Part shown: positions 1-10,899 of the stretch, piece by piece
How the letters are laid out: every line of letters begins with the position of its first letter
How positions within the stretch are numbered: position 1 is the first letter of the stretch
Source: an uncultured Actinomycetes bacterium
Lineage (GTDB): Bacteria > Actinomycetota > Acidimicrobiia > Spongiisociales > DATADW01
DNA: 64,000 nucleotides
NCBI GenBank assembly: GCA_963824995.1
Contig: CAWGRK010000006.1
Location: forward strand, 442,273 to 506,272
Direction of reading: 5' to 3'
Notes under the pieces: generated by a model
Told to the model about the DNA's origin: nothing
The model's input: only the letters and a program-made list of their open reading frames with translations
Databases searched by the model: none
Translations under genes and position numbers: made by a program

Positions 1-670
1 GCCGAACCTCCCGAGGTCGCAGAGGGTGCCGCTGCCGTTGGCTTCCCTGACGATGTACCCGGCCGGACAACCGGAGGTGACGCAGCGGCCGAACGCGACG
101 ACGCGCCACCCGACGATGCTCGACCACCGCCCCGGCTATCGAGCAAGCAGAACCGGACGGCCATCACCGCTCGGCCCGACGACCGACGGCCCGGCAACGA
201 CGGGAGGACGAGGTGCCGTGCCTCGCAACCCTCGCCCATCGACCTGCCCTGGCCGAGCGCAGCGGAGACGCCCGCGGCCAGCGACCGAGGCGGCGGCTTG
301 GAGCATGGGCGCCGACAGGTCGGGCACTTCCGGGTGGGGCGCGCTATGGCGGCAGTCTGCGCAAGGATGGGTTGAGGATCCGGCGGGCCGCGCCGTCTGG
401 CGTCCAATCGTCACCACCTCGGCCACGCTGTCCGAGTGGGAGGTCGACACCTATCTCGGGCTGGTCACCGGTGAATTGGCGATCTCCGCGACAACCTCGA
501 GGCGGTCTCCGTTCCGCCCGACAGGATGCGGTCGAGCGCATGGTCGACGATGCCCTGGCGCGGGGCGCCCATGCCGTTATCGGCGGTTTCCGTCGACCTG
601 GTCGAGGTTGCGGGACGGGTGGTCGTGTCGGCCGCAGGGCACCGCGGTCACGCTCAAGACCAGCGAATGA
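1..670 (+). CDS. 5'-truncated protein with C-terminal YbjQ/UPF0145-like domain (frameshifted)
   Basis: Segments in three frames join to IVTTSATLSEWEVDTYLGLVTGE...LRSARQDAVERMVDDALARGAHAVIG-VSVDLVEVAGRVVVSAAGTAVTLK, the YbjQ pattern; stop at 670. Confidence 0.65.
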   Translation, partial: PNLPRSQRVPLPLASLTMYPAGQPEVTQRPNATTRHPTMLDHRPGYRASRTGRPSPLGPTTDGPATTGGRGAVPRNPRPSTCPGRAQRRRPRPATEAAAWSMGADRSGTSGWGALWRQSAQGWVEDPAGRAVWRPIVTTSATLSEWEVDTYLGLVTGELAISATTSRRSPFRPTGCGRAHGRRCPGAGRPCRYRRFPSTWSRLRDGWSCRPQGTAVTLKTSE

Positions 671-673
671 GCA

Positions 674-1883
674 TCATCCAGACGCGAAGGGGAGGTCCCT
701 GTCGGGACACGGTTCACCTGGCAGGCCCAGCACCCGCTCGGCGATGATGTTCATCTGCACCTCGTCGGTGCCGCCGCCGATACGCAGACCCGGTGCCCCG
801 AGGAATGCGGACATCCACTCGGCGGCCTCCCCGCTGACCCGCGAGAGCGTCAGGGCCGAGAAGGTCGAGTCCCAACCGGTATGCGTCATCGAGGAACCGC
901 GTGGCGAAAAGCTTGACCACCGAGCCCTCGGGCCCAGGGCGTCGGCCATGGGCGAGCGAGGTGAGCAGCCGCAACTTGTGGAACTGGATGATGCGGGACC
1001 CTATGGCGACTCGGGCGAATCGCTCCCGGACCTGCGCGGCGGTCGCCGGCGCCGGTCTGGCTGATCAGTTCCTTGAGCGCCTCCACCAGCCCCTCGGTGT
1101 CGAAGATGACCCCCATCCTCTCGAACATGAAGGTGGTGATGACCACTGCCCAACCCTGGCCGACTCCACCGACCACGCGGTCATCGGGCACCACGACCTC
1201 GTCGAGGAACACCTCGTTGAAGTTGGAGGATCCGGTCATCTGGACCAGCGGGCGGCATCGCACCCCGGGGTGGCGCATGTCGACCACGAAGGCGGTGAGC
1301 CCGCGATGCTTGGGGACCCCGGGATCGGTTCTGGCGATGCAGAGCCCCCAATGGGAACGGTGGGCGAACGTGGTCCAGACCTTCTGGCCGGAGAGCACCC
1401 ACTCATCGCCGTCCCGAACCGCACGGGTCCTCAGCCCGGCCAGATCGGATCCGGCGTCGGGCTCCGAGAAGAGCTGACACCAGACCTCATCTCCGCGCAG
1501 CAATGGTGGGAGCAAGCGGTCCCGCTGCTCATCGCTCCCGTGGACGAGGACGGCCGGGCCGCACCATCCCAGCCCGACCGCAAGCGCATCGCGGGGCAGG
1601 TCGAACCGCATCTCCTCCTCGTCGAAGATCACCGACTCCACGAGCCCGGCACCGCGACCCCCGTACTTCGTCGGCCATGAGATCCCGGCCCACCCGTCGT
1701 TGGCCTTGAGACGCTGCCAGTCGACCGCTGCCTGGAACCGGGCCTCCTCTTCATCGGGTGACCACTCGGAGACGATCGCCGAAGGTGCTATCGCCGGCCC
1801 GGATCGCAGCGGGCGTGATCCTCGAGCCAGCTTCGCGCTTCGGCGCGGAAGGCGGCCTCCTGCTCGGAATCCCTGGGATCCAC
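674..1883 (-). CDS. acyl-CoA dehydrogenase, FadE family (frameshifted)
   Basis: WCQLFSEPDAGSDLAGL, GQKVWTT, FNEVFLDEV, RIGGGTDEVQMNIIAERVLGLP; reconstructed GTG start at 1883 (VDPRDSEQEAAFRAEARSWL). Confidence 0.88.
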
Positions 1884-1893
1884 CCAAGGGAGG

Positions 1894-2683
1894 CTAGAGC
1901 CGGTTCCGTCGGTGGCAGCTCAGACGGCGACGTACCCTGAGGTCGCCGGACACCGATTTGAAGTTGAGCCGGGCGGAGCGCTCCACCAGCTGCTCGGCCG
2001 GCGCCGGGTCGGGGAGGACCACCCGTCCCGACATCGTCCTCGCTTCGAAGGCCAGTTCGGTGCCGGAGGGGATCCCAACGGTGAAGTCGCCGCTCACCGT
2101 CTTGACCGAAAGCCCGGCGCCGGTGAACTTCGCCACCCGCGACGTTTCCGCTTGCGGTCTTGATCTCGGTGGTGCCGTCGGCTTGTTCGACGACCACGTC
2201 GCCGGAGGCGGTGCGCAGCCAGCCGCTCACCAGGCTGCCGACTCGGAGTTCGCCGGAAGCGGACGAAGAGCGGAGTTCGCCACCGACAGCATCGACCCTC
2301 ACGTCACCCGATGCCGTCTTCACATCACCATCACCGCTGATGGCACCGAGCCGGACATCGCCGGAAGCGGTTTCCGCCTGGAGCGATTTGAGCGGTAGCT
2401 CCGCCACCAGGTCGGCCGAGGCGAGCGACGCCTCCAAACCCGAGCCTTCCGGGGTCACGATCGACAAACGATGAGCGCCGCGACCGATCGTCTGCCACGA
2501 CCCGGGCTCCTGTCGCACGATGACGGACGACCCGGTTTGGGCGATGACGAACTGATCGGGGTGGGGTCCGTCTATTGTCACTTCAACCGAGCCTTCGGGT
2601 CCCTTGACCACCTTGACCTCGCCCGAGCGGAACGAGACCTCGATCAAGGGGGCCTTGTCGACCGTGAACTGCTCGCGCCTCAT
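1894..2683 (-). CDS. DUF4097 family beta-strand repeat protein (frameshift ~2140)
   Basis: Repeated (T/S)ASGD(V/L) units: LASADL, TASGDV, SASGEL, TVSGDF, SVSGDL; start overlaps the upstream gene's stop. Confidence 0.85.
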
Positions 2684-3135
2684 AGCCGGATGGTGCCTTT
2701 CATCGCCCGTCCCGAACCGGTCTGCTGTTCGGCTTCCCGCTGGGAAGCGGCCAGGGTCCGCACGACGAACGAGTTGACCGAATCACCGAGCTGCTGGGCG
2801 GCCGACTCCACCGCCTGCTTCAGGTGGGCGGGTACCCGAAGCGTGATCCGGGCGTCGAGGTCGTCCGGGTCGAGCACCTCACCGGTGGCGGCGTACCGGA
2901 CACGCAGTACCGGCTCTCCGTCCTCGAGGACGACGTCCACTTCCTTGCCGGGAAGTTGGGCAGCGACCTCGTGGGCGGCTTGTTGCGCCAACTCGTATGC
3001 CACCTGGCGGAATGCCGGCCTGAGAGCGGTGAGCAGCGCTTGCGACGCCTGCTCGACCGATGGGTCGCTGCCGGTCAATGCCATGTGGTCGGCTACTGCG
3101 CCCTCGATCTGGGTGAGTGCGCCCGCTGTGTCCAT
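2680..3135 (-). CDS. HicB-like antitoxin family protein with C-terminal ribbon-helix-helix domain
   Basis: QAAHEVAAQLPGKEVDVVL and ARITLRVPAHLKQAVESAAQQLGDSVNSFVVRTL (RHH); actinobacterial family commonly paired with DUF4097. Confidence 0.8.
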   Translation of the reverse strand: MDTAGALTQIEGAVADHMALTGSDPSVEQASQALLTALRPAFRQVAYELAQQAAHEVAAQLPGKEVDVVLEDGEPVLRVRYAATGEVLDPDDLDARITLRVPAHLKQAVESAAQQLGDSVNSFVVRTLAASQREAEQQTGSGRAMKGTIRL

Positions 3136-3138
3136 CGT

Positions 3139-3312
3139 TCAGTTCCCCCGCTCCACCGCGCCCGGCGATGGCGGACGGCGGTCCTTTGGACGTGTCGAGT
3201 CGGGCCGGCGCGAGGCGAGCCGCCCCTGACGCCCATGGGGACGCTGGTTCCTAGCTGCGGTGAGTTGGCGCACCTTCTCGGCGTGGAACCGGTCGGTGAA
3301 TCCCAGGTACAT
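3139..3312 (-). CDS. small basic hypothetical protein (57 aa)
   Basis: GGAGGAG RBS just upstream of ATG 3312; ends 3 nt before the RHH gene start. Confidence 0.5.
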   Translation of the reverse strand: MYLGFTDRFHAEKVRQLTAARNQRPHGRQGRLASRRPDSTRPKDRRPPSPGAVERGN

Positions 3313-3327
3313 GCTGACTCCTCCCGT

Positions 3328-3375
3328 TGACACAAACTGACAGCACCATGATGTCACAATGATGTCACGCTGTCA
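3328..3375. promoter_or_regulatory. TGACA/TGTCA repeat array, candidate operator of the RHH protein
   Basis: TGACA at 3328 and 3338; ATGATGTCAC direct repeat at 3348 and 3359; TGACAGC (3338) and GCTGTCA (3369) form an inverted repeat. Confidence 0.6.
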
Positions 3376-3468
3376 AGAGCAAGATTTGTCGGAAGACGGA
3401 AGACGGAAGTCAAAGGCGCTGCCGACGGCGCGCTCTGTCCGCTGCATGTCGCCAGCCACAGTCAGAAC

Positions 3469-3489
3469 CGGGCTTCCCTCGGAGGCCCG
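3469..3489 (-). terminator. possible GC-rich terminator hairpin after the M15 peptidase gene
   Basis: CGGGCCTCC-GAG-GGAAGCCCG (one mismatch) just after the stop codon. Confidence 0.35.
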
Positions 3490-3491
3490 CC

Positions 3492-4331
3492 CTAGATCTC
3501 GAGGAGAGCTTTCCAGGTGTCGGGACCGACCACGCCGTCGACATCGATGGAGGCAGCGGCCTGGAGATTGCGGATGGCGGTCTCTGTGTTCTTGCCGAAC
3601 GATCCGTCCACTTCAAGCGGTGACCGGGTGTTGAGAAGCGCCTGCAGGGCCTTGACCGGCGTGCCCTTGTCTCCGTTGCGGAGATAGGGCAAGTCGACTT
3701 GGACGGCGGCCCGTTTGGCCGACGCGATCTTCGACACCACCGTGGTGTCAGGTGTGACAGCACGCTGACCGGCGACACCGTGTCTCAGCTCATCGGGGTG
3801 ACAGTCGATCTGAAAGTGCATCAGGTCGGCGTCCGGCCGCCAATGTCCTCCCCACTTCCACACCCTGACCCCCCTCGTGGTGACGATGGCGTCCACCGCC
3901 GCGATCTGATCGGGAGTGAACCTCGTCTGGTGCCACCCGGACCAGGGCACATAGGGATTGGAAGCCGGGTCGAGGTCGATGGCGATCCCATAGCTGTGCA
4001 GGCTTGGAAGGCTGCTACCCGCGATATTGCGCACGTTGTATGCCCAGGAGGACTGCGGTGTATAGCCCCCGGCGCGCAATGCCTCCTCGAGGGCGGCATA
4101 CGCCGGAGCGGCCACCGTCGGGACGCCCCCTACTCCCCCGCCGAAGAACTTGACGTCGGTGAACTCGGACTTGCCTGCGTACCAGGGAGCCCACCAAGAG
4201 CGGAGCGTCGATGTAGGAGCCCGGTGCTCTTCCTCGAGCCATTTCTTGACATCCGGATCGGAGCGCTCGGCGCCATCCGGATCCATCGTCGCCGCCAACT
4301 CCTCCGGCGGCTCATATGGGACTTCAGCCAC
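3492..4331 (-). CDS. M15 family metallopeptidase with C-terminal peptidoglycan-binding domain
   Basis: SLHSYGIAIDLD and DLMHFQI zinc motifs; C-terminal LRNGDKGTPVKALQALL...VDGSFGKNTETAIRNLQ...DGVVGPDTWKAL (PG_binding_1). Confidence 0.88.
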   Translation of the reverse strand: MAEVPYEPPEELAATMDPDGAERSDPDVKKWLEEEHRAPTSTLRSWWAPWYAGKSEFTDVKFFGGGVGGVPTVAAPAYAALEEALRAGGYTPQSSWAYNVRNIAGSSLPSLHSYGIAIDLDPASNPYVPWSGWHQTRFTPDQIAAVDAIVTTRGVRVWKWGGHWRPDADLMHFQIDCHPDELRHGVAGQRAVTPDTTVVSKIASAKRAAVQVDLPYLRNGDKGTPVKALQALLNTRSPLEVDGSFGKNTETAIRNLQAAASIDVDGVVGPDTWKALLEI

Positions 4332-4368
4332 AGATCACCTCCCCACGGCGGGAACCTTACGCCCGCAC

Positions 4369-6262
4369 CTATCGACTCGGCGGGACCGCAATCTCGTCGA
4401 GGATCTCGTAGGTGGTCGAACGCCGAGCGGGGACGCGGTTGGCGGCGAGGATCGTCTCCTCGAAGTCGGACGGAGTGACCTCCTGGCCGTGGGCGGCGCC
4501 GGCCGAGCGGGTGATGATCTCGCCCATCAGGGTGCCGCCGAGGTCGTTGCACCCGGCGTCGAGCAGCCGGGCGCCACCGTCGAGTCCGAGCTTGACCCAC
4601 GAAGCCTGGATGTTCGGAATGAGGCCGTCGAAGGCGATTCGGGCGACCGCATGGACCAGCACGACCTCGTCCCAGGTCGGGCCGGGCCGGGACCTGCCGC
4701 GGAGGAAGATCGGTGCACCCATGTGGACGAACGGGAGAGGGCACGAACTCGGTGAATCCCCCGGTGCGACGCTGGATCGGCTCGCAGCACTTCGTAGGTG
4801 CTTGGCCCACGAGGACGGCCCGTCGATGTGACCGAACATCAGGGTGGCTGTGGCCCGCAGACCAAGCTCGTGGGCGGTGATCATCACCTCGGCCCACTCG
4901 GCGGTCCGGATCTTGTCCGGGCACAGATGGTGGCGGACACGATCGTCGAGCACCTCGGCGGCGGTCCCCGGGAGGCTCCCCAGCCCGGCATCGTGGAGCC
5001 GGTGAGGAAGCTGGCGCACCGGCACACCCAGCGTCTGCGGCGCCCTGCCACATCTCGAGCGGGGTGAAGCCGTGGATGTGCATCGCCGGCAGCGCGCCTT
5101 GATCGCCTCCACCACGTCGGACGTAGAAGTCACCGGTGAAGTCGGGGTGGATCCCTCCCTGGAGGGTCACCTCGGTCGCCCCGCGGTCCCAGGCCTCCTG
5201 AGCCCGCGCACGATCCCTTCGACGCGCATCAGGTAGGGCTCGCCCCGCAGGTTGAGCGCGCGGGGGCCCTTGGAGAAGGCGCAGAAACCGCAACGGAAGT
5301 AGCACTGGTTGGTGTAGTTGATGTTGCGGTTGATCACATAGGTGACCGTCTCGCCGTCGGTCCGTCTCCGCAACTGGTCGGCCGTCCAGGCGATGGCGTC
5401 GACCTGATCGCTGCGGGCACGGAACAGCGACTCAACCTCGGGCTTCGTCGGTGCGATGCCGTCGAGCGACCGCTCCAGGATGGAGCGAGTTCGCCGGCAC
5501 CGTCGAGCTCTCTGGGCGGCCGGCCCTCCACCCACAACGAATCGCCCCACTCCGCCGAGAGGCGCTCTGCCCGGCACCGGGAGCGGCTCCTCGAGGCCCG
5601 GTGCCCAGCGGTAGCGCGGGCGGGCGGCGCCCGAACCGTCGGTCTGGCTGAGCCATGCGGTGAAAAGCGGTGCCGGGAGAGCGGAGCGCACCTCGTCTGT
5701 GTCGATGCCCACGGGCAGAGCGGTCCGCTCCACCGAACGTGTGTGGAGCGAGCGCAACCCTGAGCGCCGCCAACTGGTCCACGCCCCAGTCGCGGAGCAG
5801 CAAGTCCCCTGCTCCAGCCTGCGACCGCGGTCACGCCGTCCTCGACGGTGTCCACGAAAACGGAGACGGTCGCGGTCAAACCGGGCAGCCCCGCCAAATC
5901 GGTCGCCTCCGCCACACGGCTTCTCCCGGTCCTGAGGAACGCCGCCCCCGACCGGGCCAGGGCGTCGAGCACCACCTCGCGGGGGCCATCGTCGGCCACC
6001 GTGAGCCGGAACCAGGCGATCCCGCCGTCGGAGAGCTCGAGCGCCGTCGCCGGAGCCGCCACCCAAGCCCCCGGGACCGCACCCCGACTGGGTCGCCGGT
6101 CTCCACCGGAAGAACGCCGCCCGATACTGCGGCAGCAACATCGGAGTCGCGTAGTCCGGCGACCTCGAGCGTGGTCGTACCTTCCCGCCTCCGGGTGGAG
6201 GCCGACAGTTCGATGATCCGCTCGGCGGGTCGAACACGCAGATAGCTGATGATGCGGCGCAT
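4369..6262 (-). CDS. cofH: FO synthase CofH with ~260-aa N-terminal extension (several frameshifts)
   Basis: VTYVINRNINYTNQCYFRCGFCAFSKG, LQGGIHP, SLPGTAAEVLDD, NIQASWVKLG, GCNDLGGTLMGEIITRSAGA; ATG 6262 in TGATG overlap with the cofG stop. Confidence 0.85.
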
Positions 6263-7402
6263 CAAGCCGCTCCTTCCAACTGTGGGGCAAGGGCGTATCC
6301 ATCGGCGTCGATCGCTCCCCGGACCTTTTCCAGCAGCGACGGGTCGATCCACGACGGATCGATGTACTCCGGATAGACCGGCAAACGCGGCATCAGTCTG
6401 AATCCGGCTGCCTCGGTGCGCTGCCGCAACTCCTCGAGGTGTGGCCAGGGGGCTTCGGGGTTCACCCAGTCGATGGTGAGCGGCGAGACACCACCCCAAT
6501 CGCTTATCCCGGCATCGAGGTACTGCTCGAAGCGCTCGGTGAGGTTGGGGGGCACCTGGAGGTTCATCTCGGGCCCGAGGATCCACCGGGCCACGGCGAC
6601 CACCAGGGCGAACCGAGGCAGGGACCGGCTCAGCATGCCGCCGCATCCGGGTGTCGGCCTTGGCCCTGAAGTTCTGCACGATCACCTCCTGGATGCACCC
6701 CCAGCTCCGCTGCAGCCCGGCCAGGGCGAAGAGCGAGTCGATCACCTCGTCGCGAACGCTCCCCGATCCCGACCAGGATCCCGCTGGTGAAGGGGACGCT
6801 CGCCTTCCGGCAGCTTCGATGGTCGCCACCCGCAACCCCGGTTCCTTGTCGGGACAGTCGTGGTGGGGCATGCCCGGCTTCATCAGCCGAGGGGAGATGT
6901 TCTCCAGCATGAGCCCCATCGACGGGTTGAAGGGGCGGAGCGAGCGGATCTCGGTTTCGGTCATCACACCCGGGTTGGCGTGAGGAAACAGCTTTGTCTC
7001 GGCGACAACGCGTTGTGACATGGCGACCACGTAGTCCATCGTCGTGGTGTAGCCGTGGCGGTCGAGGAAGGCGCGCGCCGCGGCCAGCGCTCCTCGGGCC
7101 GGTCACCGAGGGTGAACAGCGCCTCCGTGCATCGGTGAGCTTCGCCCGCCCGCGCCACGGCCATGACCTCTTCCGGTTCGAGGTAGGCGCCACCTGCACC
7201 GGGGGGCTTGGCAAAAGTGCAATATGCACAGCGGTCGCGGCACAGCGTGGTCAGGGGGATGAAGACCTTGCGGCTATACGTGACCGTTCGGCCCCTGCCC
7301 TCATCGCGGCAACCGCCTGGCTTCGGCGAGGAGCGGGCCAGGAGGGCGCGTGCCATCGAGATACTCCAGGGCGAGCCCGGGATCTGGAGCAGGGTGGACC
7401 AT
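6262..7402 (-). CDS. cofG: FO synthase subunit CofG (several frameshifts)
   Basis: [85 protein letters not shown]. Confidence 0.88.
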
Positions 7403-7480
7403 GAGAGGCGGCACGCTAGTCACGGTGTCCGCGCCGTCCGACCACGCGTCGCCAGACGGCGGCCCTATACCCTCGGCTCG

Positions 7481-8372
7481 ATGGTCATCCGGCTCCTCGT
7501 CTTGCTGATCCTCCTCGCCGGGTGCGTTCCCGATGGCGCCACCCCAACGACGAATCAGCCGGCAAGGACCACGACCACCCGTCCGGCAGCAACCCCCACG
7601 GTGCCCGGCCCGCCACCGACCACGGCGGCCGCCGCACCCCCTTGTCTCGCCGGCGACGAACCGTTCACCTCACTGACGACGGGTCTGGTGGGGAGGCCCG
7701 AGGGCGACGCCGCCGCCATCGCCGGCCTCCGCTGGGAGGACTTCGAGGTGTGTCAGCGTGTGGTCGTATCGCTCGCCACCACCGACCAGGCACCCGCAAC
7801 CCGGAGCGGTCAGGTCGAGGTGTCCGTTCGATCCGATTTGGGGGTGGTCAGGATCGACTTCGGCAACGAGGTGGAGCACACCGCGCTCGGCGGATGCGGT
7901 GATGGACACCAGTCTCGTTGCGGGCGCATTCGTGGTGCGGGACATCGAGGGTGGCCTCTTCATCGACCTGCATACCGAGACCGCGGTCGAGGTGAGGGCG
8001 ATGACACCCGGTGCACCGGCGCGCGTCGTGGTGGACCTACGGCCTGCTGGCTCGAGCGAGTCGGCTTCGCCGGTCACCGGACCGATTGCGGTCCTTTTGA
8101 CACCCAATGGACCGGCGACGTCCTACCCGATCGAGGTGAGCGGTTACGCCAGGACGCCCGAGGCGACGGTGGTGATCCGTTTCGCGGTGGACGGAGAGCA
8201 GGTGGCCACGCTCGGGACACCCGCCGCCGACTGGCTGGAGACATGGGGGGTATACGCCGCAACCATCCAGGACGGGCCACCCGGTGAAGGCGAATTGACG
8301 GTCGGGGACGGGTCCGATCTGGACACCGCCTTCGAGTTCACGGTTCGAGAAGGCCCCGAAGCTCGGCGATGA
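7481..8372 (+). CDS. lipoprotein with AMIN-like and Ig-like (Gmad2-type) domains (frameshift ~7890)
   Basis: MVIRLLVLLILLAGC lipobox, Thr/Pro-rich linker, RVVVSL...PARVVVDL, PIEVSGYARTPEATVVIR. Confidence 0.6.
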
Positions 8373-8844
8373 GCACCGAACCACCGGCGAGATCCACCTC
8401 GGGGACCAGCGCTTCGACGAATGGGACTTCGAAGCGGCCGTCGGCGCGCTCTATCACCAGCCGGTCCTGGGCGCCACCGAGAATCACATCCACGACCCGG
8501 CCCACCACCTCGCCATCGCCGGTGTGAGCCTCGAGCCCGACGAGGTCCTCGGGCCAGTACTCACCGGCATCGAGCGACCGGAGATCGTCCTGATCGACGG
8601 TTAGCTCGGCGTTGGCCAGCTCCTCGGCTGCATTTATGGTCACCACCCCAGCGAAGCTGACCAGAAGCGCTCCCCTATGGGGGCGGATGTCGGAGACCGT
8701 GAGCTGGCGCGGTGGCCGCATCGCCGCCGTCATCCGTGCGCCGGTGACAAAGCGCTCCGGGTTGTCGGTGTCGGGGAAGAGGACGAGTTCGCCGTTCAGA
8801 CCGTGAGGCCGACCCAGCCGCCCAACCGTCACCCGCTCGCCCAT
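8338..8844 (-). CDS. rimM: ribosome maturation factor RimM
   Basis: VGRLGRPHGLNGEL, EYWPEDLVGL, AQDRLVI, EVPFVEALVPEVDL; follows rpsP-khpA. Confidence 0.95.
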   Translation of the reverse strand: MGERVTVGRLGRPHGLNGELVLFPDTDNPERFVTGARMTAAMRPPRQLTVSDIRPHRGALLVSFAGVVTINAAEELANAELTVDQDDLRSLDAGEYWPEDLVGLEAHTGDGEVVGRVVDVILGGAQDRLVIERADGRFEVPFVEALVPEVDLAGGSVLIAELRGLLEP

Positions 8845-8848
8845 CGCC

Positions 8849-9103
8849 TCATTCGTCGAGGAACTCGACTCCTGCCTGGAGCCCTTCCTCATCCGCTGCG
8901 GCTTGCGCCAGGGTGCGGATGGCCCTAGCCACCCGGCCGCGCCTACCGATGACCCTGCCCATGTCACCTCGTGCGGTGGTGACTTCGACCACAACGTCTT
9001 CCGGTCCCTGCTCGACCACATCGAGACGGACCGCCTCGGGCTTGGAGACGATCTGGGAGACGACGTATCCCACGACGCGTTCGGTGATGTCGCTCCTGCT
9101 CAC
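8849..9103 (-). CDS. khpA: KH-domain RNA-binding protein KhpA
   Basis: [19 protein letters not shown]; lies between rpsP and rimM. Confidence 0.93.
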   Translation of the reverse strand: MSRSDITERVVGYVVSQIVSKPEAVRLDVVEQGPEDVVVEVTTARGDMGRVIGRRGRVARAIRTLAQAAADEEGLQAGVEFLDE

Positions 9104-9390
9104 GATCCCGCCACGGTGTGAATCTCGCCCTTCGCCACTTTGAAGCGCGCCCAGGCGCCGGACACTTCGAGCAGCCTCCGCACCGGCTCGGTCGGTTGCG
9201 CTCCCTTGCGGAGCCAGTCGACAGCCTTCTCGTTGTCGATCTCGATGAGCGTCGGCTCCTGGCGGGGGTCGTACCGACCAATCTGCTCGATGTAACGGCC
9301 GTCCCGCGGGGTGCGCCCGTCGGCCACAACCACGCGGTAAACCGGCTGCTTCTTCTTACCCATTCGGATGAGGCGGATCTTCACCGCCAT
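9100..9390 (-). CDS. rpsP: 30S ribosomal protein S16
   Basis: [42 protein letters not shown]...[10 protein letters not shown]. Confidence 0.98.
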   Translation of the reverse strand: MAVKIRLIRMGKKKQPVYRVVVADGRTPRDGRYIEQIGRYDPRQEPTLIEIDNEKAVDWLRKGAQPTEPVRRLLEVSGAWARFKVAKGEIHTVAGS

Positions 9391-9457
9391 CGCATCACCA
9401 TCCTGTCCCATATAAGTCGGGCACCTGTCCATCGGCGCTTGCCGCGCCCTGTCCAAA

Positions 9458-10794
9458 TCAGCGCTTGCGACGCTTGCCGCCGAGCAACCCGGGGAGCCCT
9501 GGTATGGCCCGGCCCTCCGCCACCATCTTCATGAGCCGTTGTGTTTCGCCGAACTGCTTGAGCAGTCCGTTGACCTCCTGCGAGGTGGTGCCCGACCCCG
9601 ACGCGATTCGCCGCTTCCTGCTGCCGTTGATCAGCTTGGGGTTGTGGCGCTCGTCGGGCGTCATAGATCTGATGATCGCTTCGACCCGTCCCACGTCGCG
9701 GTCCGAAACCTCGACATTGCGGAGGAGGGACCCGGCGCCCGGCAGCATAGCAACCACCTGGTCTAGCGACCCCATCCGTCTCACCTGCTGGAACTGGTCC
9801 AGGAAGTCTTCGAAGGTGAAGCTGGCGGTCCGCATCTTGTCGGCGAGCTTCTCGGCCTGCTGGGCATCCCAGGTCTGTTCCGCCTTCTCGATCAGGGTCA
9901 GGACATCACCCATGCCCAGGATCCGAGATGCCATGCGGTCGGGATGAAACACCTCGAAGTCGTCGAGCTTCTCCCCCACCCCGGCGAACTTGATCGGGCT
10001 CCCCGTCACCTCGCGCACCGAAATGGCGGCACCGCCCCTGGCGTCGCCGTCGAGCTTCGAGAGGATGATCCCGGTCAGCTTCACGTATTCGAGGAATCCC
10101 TTGGCCACATTGACCGCGTCCTGCCCGTCATCGCGTCAACGACGAGCAATGTCTCGGTGGGGTTGGAGGCCTTGTTCAGATCGGCCAACTCGCCCATCAG
10201 CTCGCGGTCGATCTGCAGCCTTCCCGCCGTGTCCACCACGACCACGTCGCGGCCCAATCGGTTCGCCTCCTTGAGGGCGGCCTTGACCAGCCGCGCCGGC
10301 CGCTGGGTACGGTCGGTGAAAACCGGGACGCCGATGCGCTCGCCCAGTGTCTGCAGTTGCTCGATGGCGGCGGGGCGCTGTAGATCGGCCGCCACCAGCA
10401 TCGGCTGCTTTCCCTGGCGGACGAGATGACGAGACAGCTTGGCCGCCGACGTGGTCTTTCCTGACCCCTGCAGACCGACCATCAGGATCACGGTCGGTGG
10501 CTGAGAGGCTATTGAGAGCCGTGCCGGCTCGGTCCCGAGGGTGGTCACCAACTCCTCGTTGACGATCTTCACGACCTGTTGGCCCGGGGTGAGGCTCTTG
10601 GTCACCTCGGTGCCCACGGCGCGCTCTTTCACCCGCTTGAGCAGATCGCGGGCCACGGCGACGTTCACATCCGCTTCGAGCAGGGCGAGCCTGATCTCGC
10701 GGAGCGAGGCGTCCACGTCGGCCTCTGAGAGCCGGCCCTTGCCTCGCATCCGGTCGAAGATCCCGCCGAGTCGCTCGGTGAGTGTGTCGAACAC
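9458..10794 (-). CDS. ffh: signal recognition particle protein Ffh (frameshift ~10120, probably a sequencing error)
   Basis: [63 protein letters not shown]. Confidence 0.95.
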
Positions 10795-10899
10795 GTTCCG
10801 GATGTTACGGCCATCGTGGAAATCCCAGGCTGTGCTAAGAATGACATCTCTTTGCCGCGGGCTCAGCCGTGGGATGCCAGGGGGAATCGGTGGAAATCT

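Noticed and set aside
2680..3135. Classical HicAB toxin-antitoxin system
   Set aside because: No HicA-like toxin adjacent; reported instead as an RHH-DUF4097 module
10786..10800. TCGAACACGTTCCG as a LexA box at the ffh start
   Set aside because: GAAC-GTTC spacing is 2 rather than 4, and it overlaps the start codon
10816..10898. GTGGAAATC repeated twice in the ffh divergent intergenic region
   Set aside because: Only 9 bp, about 73 bp apart, no recognisable regulator; could be chance
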